A DNA stretch of 64,000 bases, from NCBI GenBank assembly GCA_964016885.1, contig OZ024742.1, positions 66,960,001-67,024,000 on the forward strand. The letters run 5' to 3'. Source of the DNA: Eledone cirrhosa (Eukaryota). Both the position numbers and the translations under genes were made by a program. The stretch's first letter is position 1. The number at the start of each line of letters is the position of its first letter. Below the pieces are notes generated by a model. That model was not told the DNA's origin, made no database searches, and was given only the letters and a program-made list of their open reading frames with translations. Below, in pieces: positions 1 through 11,115 of this stretch.

Positions 1-5
1 CAATA

Positions 6-370
<365 letters not shown>

Positions 371-499
371 TATATATATATATATTTATATACATATTGC
401 CGCTATTGATGCAGTCATTCCTACATAAAACTTTCGTGACATATATGCAGAGGTACAAAGACAGGAGTACTCTTTAACGTATATATAAGCATATATTTC

Positions 500-683
500 A
501 TAATTGTTTCTACTTTTGGCACAAGGCCCACAATTACTCAGTACATTACTGGTACTTTATTTTATTGACCCCGTGAGGATGAAAGTCTAAGTCAACCTCG
601 GCAGGATTTGAACTCAGATCGTAAATGACGTAACTATGCTGGAAAACATGGCGTCCGACCCTCTACCGATACTGCCAATCCAC
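500..683 (-). mobile_element. tRNA-derived SINE (octopod-type family 1)
   Basis: Matches other copies in the window: B-box-like GAGTTCAAATCC, central ctttcatcct..cggggtc.ataaaataaagtaccag, tail gtagaaacaattat. Confidence 0.92.
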
Positions 684-768
684 TAATAACCTAACACAGA
701 AGATCATCCATCTATCCATATTTTCAGCAAAACAAATATGCTCGTATGATATATATATATATATATAT

Positions 769-1175
769 AAGAGACGTAAAATAAGAAAATTATAAAATAA
801 ACTTACTTACTAAAATATCGCTTCCAACTAATTAGTTTCTGGAATGGAGTAAATATATTTTCCGAAGAATAATATGGAGAAGCATTCCGTCGTCAGGAAA
901 GTCTATTCTCATGTAAGTTTCCAGGCAAAGCGAGGACACTGGAAACTTATTAAAAAATAATTCAGTGGATAGGAAATAGCGAAGCGTGGACTGAATTCCA
1001 AGCCATTATTTTAGTAAGTAAGTTAATTTTATAATTTTCTTATTTTACGTCTCTTATATTATTGTTCTGCAACCCCATGCATTGAACCACACTGTTATTA
1101 AGACAAAACCTATATATTTGCTAGCATTGATATGCATCTGTATGTATATATATGTTACTAGATATGAATTCTTTA
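769..1175. mobile_element. Family B HHR element: minus-strand copy joined to an inverted 3' tail
   Basis: 769-1007 is the reverse complement of the unit at 4895-5135; 1008-1175 is the plus-strand 3' end of the same unit; (TA)n on both sides. Confidence 0.85.
821..901 (-). ncRNA. Type I hammerhead ribozyme (family B)
   Basis: Reverse complement: ctttc CTGACGA cggaatg...cattcca GAAA CTAATTAG TT ggaag; stems I-III pair. Confidence 0.8.
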
Positions 1176-1220
1176 TATATATATATATATATATATATAG
1201 ATATATATATATATATAGAT

Positions 1221-1766
1221 ATTTCGTTTCTGAATTTGTTCAGCAAAATTCTTTATCTGAAATCGTGTGTTGAAACCGATATTGTTATACTTTGGGAGGG
1301 TCATGTTGCCAATAAGAAACACACGCACCAGTTGCTTTCACTTTAATTTATTATAATAAATTTATAAATTTATAAATTTATAAATTTCTGGTTGGTTGGT
1401 TGGTTCCACAACCAGATAGTTGTTTATATATTGTCATAGTTCTTTCGTCACACACTCTGTGACCTCTTCAGTGACTGGGGATTCCTTTCTTTGTTTTTGT
1501 GTCTCTCCTTTGTTCTGTCCTACGCCATTTTGTTTCTGTATGTGTGTTGTGAGCTCAGTCTGCGCATGCGCCACATCCGGGTGTCTGTATGTGTTTATGT
1601 TCATTTATTTATTTGTTTATTTATATGTTACTGGTTGGTTGTTTGTTCTATGTGTGTGTGTGTTTTCATTTTGTCCTTAATTGTAAGTTGTGATGTTGTT
1701 GTTCCACTCATATTTTCTATTTAATTTTGGTTGTAATTCTTTTATGTTTATTTGCTCCCAAAGTAT

Positions 1767-1773
<7 letters not shown>
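1221..1773 (-). mobile_element. Family C HHR element (PLE pseudo-LTR-like)
   Basis: Homologous to 4320-4860; short inverted end ctcccaaagtataacaata at about 1755-1773; TA flanks. Confidence 0.82.
1433..1475 (-). ncRNA. Minimal type I hammerhead ribozyme (family C)
   Basis: Reverse complement: gtca CTGAAGA g gtcaca gagtg tgtgac GAAA GAAC TA tgac. Confidence 0.85.
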
Positions 1774-1801
<28 letters not shown>

Positions 1802-2276
1802 TATACATCTTTATGTGTATGTGTGTGTATATGTATGCGAATATGTGCGTGAGTGTGTGTGTGTGTGTGTGTGAGTGTGTGTGCGTTTTGTTTCCGGAGT
1901 TAATTTACTACCAGTACTAGATAGATTAGAAAGTAATTTTTCATGGACAGTAAATATTTGATGTAGATTTTATATGTATTATCATGATTTTTTTTTTTGT
2001 TTACAAATGATCCGTATATACTTACCATAAGCTGTTTTATTTATATGTAATTATCTATCTAATCTCTCTCTATATATATTTACTCATATATATATATATA
2101 TATATACAAAAAGGTAGTACAGCATAATCGAAGCTCTGGTTGCAGCTAAGCACTGAATAAGGTATTTTACCTTAGAGTTATAACATTACGTTCAGACAGC
2201 TTTGCAAAGTGAAGACAGCGACCGATAAGCGAGCCGCGGTGACCAAAGCAACGAAAAAAACTGACTCAGGAAAAAA

Positions 2277-2314
<38 letters not shown>

Positions 2315-2406
2315 CCAGACACACACACAGACATGCATGTATACACATGTAGAGAGAGGAGGAGAGGAGAGAGAGAAAGAGAGAGAGAGAGAGGGGGGAC
2401 ATAGAA

Positions 2407-2481
<75 letters not shown>

Positions 2482-2579
2482 TGTCAACATCCTGCGAAAT
2501 GTTAATATCAAGGCATTTTAAGTTGAAATACAGCTACGTGTTATTTTGATTCTCAGCTTTACAGGTCTGCTTCTTTAAA

Positions 2580-2803
2580 TATTGATTTCTGACTTCAGAC
2601 ACAAGGTCAACACGTTTTAGAGAGGGTGAGAGTCGATTAAATCGACACCAGTGTATTACTGGTGCTTTATTTTATCGACCCCGTAATGTTGAAGGGTAAA
2701 GCTAACCTCGACAGGATTTGAACTTAGATCGTAAAGGTGTGTAACCCCATGCCTTAAAGCATGTTGTTCGCCACTTTATCGATACTTCCAAACCACACAG
2801 CCC
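2580..2803 (-). mobile_element. tRNA-derived SINE (family 1 variant with gtcgattaaatcgac hairpin)
   Basis: Same head and central domain as other copies, more diverged. Confidence 0.85.
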
Positions 2804-2902
2804 TCTCTGCTTGTTAAAATATTAATCAATGATTTTATAGCAGTCAAAATACCTTTATGTTGGTTCCTTGTTCATATTTTTGAACATAGGTTTAATATAG
2901 TA

Positions 2903-3088
2903 TTTGACAGTATCGGTAGAGCATCAGACACCATCCTTTGCATAGAGGTATCGCCCTTTACGTTCTGAGTTCAAATCCCGCCGTGGTTTGCTTTACCTTT
3001 CATCCTTACCGGGTGAATAAAATAAAGCAGCAGTACTGCACTTAGATAATTGCTGGCCTTGTGCTAAAAGTAGAAACAATTATTATTA
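2903..3088 (+). mobile_element. tRNA-derived SINE (family 1)
   Basis: gagttcaaatcccgcc B-box, central domain, tail agtagaaacaattattatt. Confidence 0.88.
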
Positions 3089-3246
3089 GGAGTGTTTGTT
3101 TTTCCTCTTCCTTAGGTATGTATAAGAATTTACCTAGTGAATTCCCGAAACCTCGGGCATATAAACTCACTATATGCATTGGTTAGCCAGAAAAGTTAAC
3201 ACACCTTATTGGTTATATTTATTGCTTTATATATATATATATATAT

Positions 3247-3504
3247 CACCTTGACCGACCAGTCTGTCGGGCGCCAAATGGCGCCGCTGGTCACAGCACG
3301 TCGTGCTGTTTTAGCCGTAAGATAACGCTATCCTGGGCGGGCAGGCCGGTACTCATTTCTACTCATTTCTACAGCTGAGTCAACTGGAGCAACGTGAAAT
3401 AAAGTGTCTTGCTCAAGGAAACAACACATCACCCGGTCCGAAAATTGAACTCACAACGTTTCGATTGCAAGCCCAATGCTCTAACCACTAAGCCATGCGC
3501 CTTC
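3247..3504 (-). mobile_element. tRNA-derived SINE (family 2)
   Basis: Reverse complement starts gaaggcgcatggcttagtggttagagc (A box), then gagttcaatt (B box) and ccttgagcaagacactt; TA flanks. Confidence 0.82.
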
Positions 3505-3512
3505 ATATATAT

Positions 3513-3550
<38 letters not shown>

Positions 3551-3557
<7 letters not shown>

Positions 3558-4091
3558 TAAAAAAATAATGAATAAACAAAGAAACAGTTCCTTATATTAA
3601 ACAAAAAAAACAAAACAAAAAAAAGTTCATTATTTTACGATCGTTTCTAGGACATATATGTGTTAGAATTGGTATGCATATTCAAAAGATCTATGTACAA
3701 AATTATACAAACTATCAAAGAGAATATACATACCTTCACATATATATGCTGTCTTCTGAAATAATTCTTTCTGAAGACAGCATATATATGTGAAGGTATG
3801 TATATTCTCTTCGATAGTTTGTATAATTTTGTACATAGATCTTTTGAATATGCATACCAATTCTAACACACATATGTCCGAGAAACGATCGTAAAATAAT
3901 GAACTTTTTTTGTTTAATATACGGAACTGTTTATTCATTATTTTTTTAATATTTTATCTTGACTCTGTATTCCGTTTATCTTTCACCGAAAGTGATTTTT
4001 GAATGCATCTCTTCTTTTCTTGATATCCGGATTACATTGAGTTCTTCATACGGATTGGACACTACCGTAAACTTTTGGTAGATTTATCTAC
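3551..4091. mobile_element. Family D fold-back palindrome with long-stem-II HHR
   Basis: About 200 bp inverted arms centred near 3762; right arm about 135 nt longer; TA flanks. Confidence 0.85.
3764..3900 (+). ncRNA. Type I hammerhead ribozyme with about 105 nt stem II (family D)
   Basis: attcttt CTGAAGA [cagcatatatatgtg..ggtatgtatattc / gaatatgcatacc..cacacatatgtccga] GAAA CGATCG TA aaataat. Confidence 0.72.
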
Positions 4092-4110
4092 ATATATATA
4101 TATATATATA

Positions 4111-4191
<81 letters not shown>

Positions 4192-4319
4192 GTGTGCGTG
4201 TGTGTGCGTGCGCGTGTGTGTGTGCGTGTGTGTATGTGTCTGTGTTTGTGTGTGTGTGTATATATATATATATATGTATGTATATATGTATGTATGTTAT
4301 GTATACATATATATATATA

Positions 4320-4618
4320 TATTGTTATAGTTTGGGAGGGTCATGTTGCCAATAAGAAACACACGTACCAAATGCTTTCACTCCAATTTATTATAAATTA
4401 AATTTATAAATTTAAGAAATTTGTAATTTTCCGGTTGGATGGTTGGTTGGTGCCACAATCGGACGCTTGTTCATATATTGTCAAAGTTCTTTCGTCACAC
4501 ATTCTGTGACCTCTTCAGTGACTGTGGATTCTTTACTTTGTTCTGTCCTACGCCATCTTGTTTTCAACACACGTTTTCAGATAAAGAATCTTGCTAAACA
4601 AATTCAGAAACGAAATAT
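4320..4618 (-). mobile_element. Family C copy with inverted 3' tail
   Basis: Homologous to 1280-1530; 4562-4618 is the inverted long 3' end. Confidence 0.82.
4480..4522 (-). ncRNA. Minimal type I hammerhead ribozyme (family C)
   Basis: Reverse complement: gtca CTGAAGA ggtcacagaatgtgtgac GAAA GAAC TT tgac. Confidence 0.83.
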
Positions 4619-4628
4619 ATATATATAT

Positions 4629-4860
4629 ATTGTTATACTTTGGGAGGGTCATGTTGCCAATAAGAAACACACGCACCAGTTGCATTCACTTCAATTTATT
4701 ATAATAAATTTATTATAAATTTATTATAATAAATTGAAGTGAAAGCAACTGGTGCGTGTGTTTCTTATTGGCAACATGACCCTCCCAAAGTATAACAATA
4801 TCGGTTTCAACACACGATTTCAGATGAAGAATCTTGCTAAACAAATTCAGAAACGAAATA
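4629..4860. mobile_element. Family C fold-back palindrome (3' portion only)
   Basis: Inverted arms centred near 4715; right arm extended by about 60 nt. Confidence 0.82.
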
Positions 4861-5003
4861 TTGAATTTGCCACCGATGTAGAGGCAGTGATCTTCTCAAT
4901 GGCTAGGAATTCAGTCCACGCTTTGCTATTTTCTATCCACTGAATTATTTTTTAATAAGTTTCCAGAGTCCACACTTTGCCTGGATACTTAGATGAGAAT
5001 AGT

Positions 5004-5083
5004 CTTCCCTGACGACGGAATGATTCTCTGTGTTTTCTTCGGAAAATATATTTATTCCATTCCAGAAACTAATTAGTTGGAAG
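5004..5083 (+). ncRNA. Type I hammerhead ribozyme (family B, intact core)
   Basis: cttcc CTGACGA cggaatg...cattcca GAAA CTAATTAG TT ggaag; palindromic stem III; GUU cleavage triplet. Confidence 0.85.
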
Positions 5084-5525
5084 TGATATTTTAGTAAGTA
5101 AGTTAATTTTATAATTTTCTTATTTTACGTCTCTCATATTATTGATCTGCAACCCCATGCATTGAACCACAAAGTTACTAAGACAAAACCTATATATTTG
5201 CTAGCATTGATATGCATCTGTATGTATATATATGTTACTAGATATTAATTCTTTATAATTATCTCCAAATTATTTGTCGAGCAATATTGGCCATGACTGC
5301 TGCTATTGCAGCAAGCAGGCCGCTGTCTTATTAGCAAACCACTTTCCACTGATTGACCTCGATGTCACGTGATTGATTCTTTTTGAATTTGCCACCGACG
5401 CAGAGGCAGTGATCTTCTCAATGGCTAGGAATTCAGTCCACGCTTTGCTATTTTCTATCCACTGAATTATTTTTTAATAAGTTTCCAGAGTCCACGCTTT
5501 GCCTGGATACTTAGATGAGAATAGT

Positions 5526-5605
5526 CTTCCCTGACAACGGAATGATTCTCTGTGTTTTCTTCGGAAAATATATTTATTCCATTCCAGAAACTAATTAGTT
5601 GGAAG
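5526..5605 (+). ncRNA. Type I hammerhead ribozyme (family B, core mutated to CTGACAA)
   Basis: Same as 5004-5083 with one core substitution. Confidence 0.7.
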
Positions 5606-5774
5606 TGATATTTTAGTAAGTAAGTTAATTTTATAATTTTCTTATTTTACGTCTCTCATATTATTGTTCTGCAACCCCATGCATTGAACCACAAAGTTAC
5701 TAAGACAAAACCTATATATTTGCTAGCATTGATATGCATCTGTATGCATATATATATCTTACTAGATATTAATT

Positions 5775-5848
<74 letters not shown>

Positions 5849-5989
5849 ACTCTCAACAATCGTGAAGCTAATAACACTATGTACCATTGACACCTGCGTT
5901 TGTTTGTTTGTCCTTTTGAACTATATATATTTTTTTTCATGCGTGCACACTCACACACATACACACACTCATCCCCACTTACATACCGA

Positions 5990-7235
5990 TATTCATGGAT
6001 GATTATCATTCTCACAGCGATAGTGCACTTCTCAATATATGTGCAGTACCAGATAAAACATTTTTTGGCCAATTTTGCTGAGATGATAAGCCAGGGATCA
6101 TTTTCAATTAGAGTTATGTTCCTTGTTTTTATCATTCCTAGCGCTCCTACAATCATTGGAATTGTAACGGCTTTGAGATGACGCCTTTTTTCAATTTCAT
6201 TCAACAAGTATTTATATTTTCTGAGTTTGTCAAATTTCTTTGCCGCAATATTGTGATCAGGTGCTATAAACAGACTTTGTTATGTTTGTCTTTCCAATGG
6301 TCTATTAGATTTGATGGTCGTTTCAGTATGTATAGGGATGTCCCAAAGAATCGTTGCATTTTCTCCTTCAGGTACAGCCTAATGCTGGTGTTTCTACCAC
6401 TTGTCAATAGTTTTGATTTTATAATGCCGATATATTAACCAGTGAAGGTAATGGCTAAATCTGTCCTGTCTACATCTGTACTCTACTGGTACTAACATTT
6501 TCATCCTGAGATTAAGTGGTCCACTCTTTTAATCTCATCATTACAGAATCGGCACTTGGGATTTAATCCATTTCTCATGACATTGGCTTTGTAGTTTCGT
6601 GTCAATATCCTCTCATCTTGGGCAGCTAAGTTGAAACCTTATCTCTGCTTTTAGCCCGAAGCTACGTAGCAACTGATATGTGTTTTGCTACGGGCCACTT
6701 ATTTACCGTGCAGAGGTTTCTGCTCCCACGTTGATGCTAAATGTTCTTGCCCTTTAACTTTTGTTATTGATTTTATATGCTTAGCAGCAACAGTTGCAAT
6801 AGTTCCCTTAGTCTCTCCAACCTGGTTATGAATGTTAAGCCGATGTTAAGATTATATAAGTGGTGGATAAGTTGATGGGTCTTTGGTTTCGTGGTTTTTG
6901 GGGAGAAGATAAATAATGCCACTTGCTATCCACTCCGGTATTTTGGTAGGATCTTTCATAATGTCATTCAACAGCTTGACTAATAATTTCTGTGTGCACG
7001 GAAGCGAGGAAAGCCAGAAAATTGGCAACCTAGCTTTACCAGGAAATTTCCACCTATGAACTTTTTTTAGTGCTATCCTTAGATCTGCTATTGGGATGTC
7101 TTCCTATGCTGGTTCTTGTAAATTTGTGTACGATGTTTCGGAGCGAATAATTCAAACTACATTAGCATTATAGGATTTCCCTTCACCCCAAATGTTTCTC
7201 CAAAGGTTTTCAACTTCTTCCATGGTAGGAGGGTC
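5990..7235 (-). pseudogene. R4/Dong-like RLE non-LTR retrotransposon fragment with the RT core deleted
   Basis: Degenerate translation: PEWIASGIIYLLPK..TKDP (RT N-terminus), KPLHGK, LAAQD, CRFC..VDHLISG (zinc finger), ILWDIPI, EIEK..VTIPMIVGALG (RLE). Confidence 0.8.
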
Positions 7236-7239
7236 TTGA

Positions 7240-8150
7240 ATGATTATTTTTTTGTCCCTATTTCACAACATCAAAAAATGAAAACAATGACACCACCAGC
7301 AAGAGAAACAATGACACAACCAGTTAGAGAAACAATGACAACCAGCACTACCAACAGTAACAACGAAACAACACAAACGGCAACAACCACAACAACAACA
7401 CAAACACAATTTGACTAGGAATAGCAACATGAACAAGCAGAAAAATACTTTCGCTGCTGCAGCTGCAAAAAAGTAAAAAAGTGGGCCCAGGAACGCAAGC
7501 TCATTAAACAAGAACAAATCTGGGCCAGATTAACCACCGAAGCGGTGGAAGGATAGAACACTGATTTTTAGATACATTTCAGTGCAGACGCATAAAGCTG
7601 TGATCACTCAGCAAGCCGAAGTAGAGGCTACGCTGAAATGGGTCAGATGACTCCGAGTACATAGCGAGTGGCACACAATACGGCACCATCTCGGTACTGT
7701 CTAAGTCAAATAGCCTCGATGTGAAACAGTGTACTCCTCCTTCATGGGAAGACGAACAGTAAGAGTTCGCATTCCCATGATTCCACCAGGACTAGATTGT
7801 GGTGGCTCCTGGGATCCGGGATTGTGGAGGGGGCAAATACCGTCCCGATTGAGGTGACCAGAAGGGCCAGCGAGGACTGGCCCAGGGTTGACATGGTGAT
7901 GGCGGACCACATACGTCTCAATAATGAGACGCTACTGCAGGTAATGACCAAGGACAAAATTCCGCACTATGCTCAAAGCTCAAACATGCAAAGGATTGTA
8001 AGCCTCCACTCCTGCCGACACTGGGGCGAGGACCACCACCAACACCTGCACCAGAAACAACACAACCAGTAGCAACGTCAACGGAAACGCCACCATCCAC
8101 TTTAACCACCAAGGGGAAAACGAGGAAAGCTCTCTTATTTCTCCGCATCA
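7240..8150 (+). pseudogene. Degenerate ORF1-like region of an L1/Tx1-type LINE
   Basis: Thr-rich leader, TFAAAAAKK, FMGRRTVRVRIPMIPPG; similar layout to 15600-16440. Confidence 0.45.
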
Positions 8151-8861
8151 ACAACATACACACATTGACACAATTACAAACACACACGCAGGCAGACATA
8201 CTTAGAGATACAGGCATCTCGTCTTCTATTCTATTCATAATAGTTTTCATAATATATGCTGTGCTTTGTAGTGCTATGTACATAATCTTGTACATATTTG
8301 TTAATCCTTGAAGATTGATTATGTATCTGTCTGTGTATGTTTTTGCGTTCATGTTCTACGTATATATACAAGGATATAGTGACACATAGTTATATATAGC
8401 TCAACCCAAACCAATACACGCACAAAACCGAAGGAAATTATTTATCTGTATGAAGGGAACAAGTTAAATTGGTGAATTAGAGGCAGTGCAGGAGGATCAA
8501 CATATCTAGATAGAAGAGAAAGCATTGTCAGAGCCATTTGTCATGGAGAACACAATATACTGTGTTGTCTTCAAAGATGTGACTGTACAGGTTAAATGTT
8601 CGAGATGTTATGATGTGTTTTCGGCTGTATTTACGTCCCTAATTATCATGTTAACAAAAATATGTCACTTTTCTTATATATATATATAGAAAAGAAAATT
8701 TCGCTCTACATGGCTGAATACAATAAATGTAATCTGAGTTTTTCGAATATTATTAATTACATTCGATTCGTTTGCAATTATGCAAACAAGCCTCAATTTT
8801 ATAGCCATGTCACGAGAATGAACACTTCATTCTTGCTCTTATGTTGGCATGCGAACAGAAA

Positions 8862-8903
8862 TGCAGACAGTAATGTTTCTGTGCATCACCCTTCATCAGT
8901 ACA
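8862..8903 (-). ncRNA. Type I hammerhead ribozyme (family K)
   Basis: Reverse complement: tgta CTGATGA agggtgatgcaca GAAA CA ttac TG TC tgca; GUC triplet; weak stem II. Confidence 0.72.
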
Positions 8904-9196
8904 GCTCACTGCTCACCTGCAAAACTTTCAAAGCTAGTGAAAATATATGTTATTTTCAAAAATACACAGTGTCTGATCGGCCTGGTTTGCATATTAGCAG
9001 ACTGGCTGATCAGTCAGGTATGCATATGGGCAGATCCACTGATCAGCCAGATTTGCATATCAGCAGACTGGCCAGTCAGTTTCCTATATATGAGTGATAA
9101 ATGGCCGGCTTTGCCAAATTCAAAGTAAAAAAATAAAATTTCGCTCTACATGGCTGAATACAATAAATGTAATCTGAGTTTTTCGAATATTAATAA

Positions 9197-11003
9197 CTAG
9201 CAGTTTAGACCAGCGTTGCTCAGGTTTGTTAATTTGCTATGAAAAGTTACATACAGGTAAACGTAGCTTGAAAGCGCATAAGTGTATCAATTAAGTGCAT
9301 AAAGCAGTTGAACCGGTTATTAATAGTTACGAACCAATTGGCATTTTGGACAATTAATTGATGAGTTAATAATCTTCCAATAGCGAATTTAGTAGACCAA
9401 AGTTGCAAGATGGTGGCCCTGGTGCCGCTGGGTATCAGAGTTGTCCGCTATGGGTGACCCTACCAGTTTTCCAGATGACATAGCTCCAACAACCCAACAC
9501 CTGCACCAACATCTATAGCACCTCTTTGTAGACGATATTGCATGTCATACCTTGAGGAGTGTAAGCAAAAAGTCCATTTCTGCTCCCTACGCGGGAACAG
9601 GCAATATAAAGTTGGCCATGGGAGATTAGCCAGTTTCAGTCTGAACACTCTGGCAATGAGGTCATGTCTGTTCGAATAATTTTACCCAGGAAAAAGTTCA
9701 CGGGTTACATTCCGATTCATATGTCTATAGCATGAATCTGTTATATGAAGTGTTATATTGCGGGTTGTTATTTGCAATAAACCGATTGAAAATGCCCCAG
9801 ATAAGCCGTATGCCAATACCGAACGCTCCACTGTAGTGTTGTCATATAGTGAGTGAAGAGCGTTAGAGAGAGTAAAGCAGTTAAATTATAGAGAGGGGGG
9901 AATATACGGAACGCTCCATTTGATCATATTCATTGTTTCTCTCTCTGCAGTGTTGTCATATAGGGAGTGAAGAGCGACAGAGAGAGTAAAGTAGTTAAAT
10001 TATAGAGAGGGGCACTATACGGAACGCTCCATTTGATCATATACATTGTTTCTCTCTCTGCAGTGTTGTCATATAGGGAGTGAAGAGCGACAGAGAGAGT
10101 AAAGTAGTTAAATTATAGAGAGGGGGAATGAGCGTGATCGATTTTTGCCCTTATTGTTGATTGATTTGAAATTTCTTTGCTTCATGACCTTCTCCTGACC
10201 ATAGCAATAATTGTCCCGACTTTGAATAGAATCCCGTGAAAAAGGTTTTCTCAATTGTTTGTCTCATATTGAGAAAAACAAAGAAAGAAAATTCCAAAAA
10301 GGACAACAATAAAATATAATGTCTTTGTTGAGAATCATGTAAATAAATGCTTAAGCGTCGTTCATTATTGTTACGTTTGTTGTTTTATAAATTCTGTTGC
10401 GTTTGAATATTTGTTATTTGATGCAAAATGTAAGTGTGGAAAATGTAACGTTGAGAGAGCAGTATGTATTTAGTGTAATCGGCTTTTTAAATTTTGATAT
10501 TTGATGTATGAGTGTCGTTATGACTGTTTGTTGCTTAGGTTTCAAAGTTTGTGTCGCGTTCCTTCAAAAGAAGTTTTGTCGCTTTTCTAAACTGTAAATG
10601 GTAGTAGACGGAGGCAGTAACCTTTTAAAGAGAGTTGCAGAGGAGATTGAGGTGGGAGTAGAGAGAGTGATGAACCTTTTAAAGAGAGTTGCAGAGGAGA
10701 TTGAGAATAGAAAAGATGAACTTTTAAAGAGAGTTGCAACATATATGTAGTTTCATATATTTTGATGGTAATAGTGAGAGGAATGAAGCGTAAAGGGAGA
10801 GGGTTACAGCATGTATTTAGTTTTATCGATCTTTGTTCATAGAAGCAGGAGATTTTTTGGCAAAAATAATTACGCATTGACCTGCCCTGGTAAATTTGAA
10901 ACACATTGGGGAAAAATTCATCAAAATCGGTAGAGAAATGTGGAAATGCATAAAAATCATACACACACACAGACAGACATCTACCGTTTTATATATAGAG
11001 AGA
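9197..11003 (-). mobile_element. Non-autonomous Helitron
   Basis: 5' TCtctctatatataaaa, 3' CTAG, inserted between A and T; removing it restores the family K unit; internal 113 bp tandem repeats at 9833-10130. Confidence 0.92.
9513..9623 (-). pseudogene. C-terminal remnant of Helitron RepHel (Pif1-family helicase motif VI)
   Basis: SHGQLYIACSRVGSRNGLFAYTPQGMTCNIVYKEVL*. Confidence 0.93.
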
Positions 11004-11067
11004 TAACGCTCGATTCGTTTGCAATTATGCAAACATGCCTCAGATTTGCATATCAGCACATTGGCCA

Positions 11068-11115
<48 letters not shown>

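Larger units (their letters stand above)
4863..5777 (+). mobile_element. Family B tandem array, 522 bp monomer x1.75 (retrozyme-like)
   Basis: gaatttgccaccga at 4863 and 5385; near-identical units each with one HHR; ends in (TA)n. Confidence 0.88.
8689..11069 (-). mobile_element. Family K HHR element, 440 bp monomer with terminal redundancy, interrupted by a Helitron
   Basis: tcgctctacatggctgaatac at 8701 and 9141; the second unit resumes at 11004 after the Helitron; TA at both ends. Confidence 0.8.
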
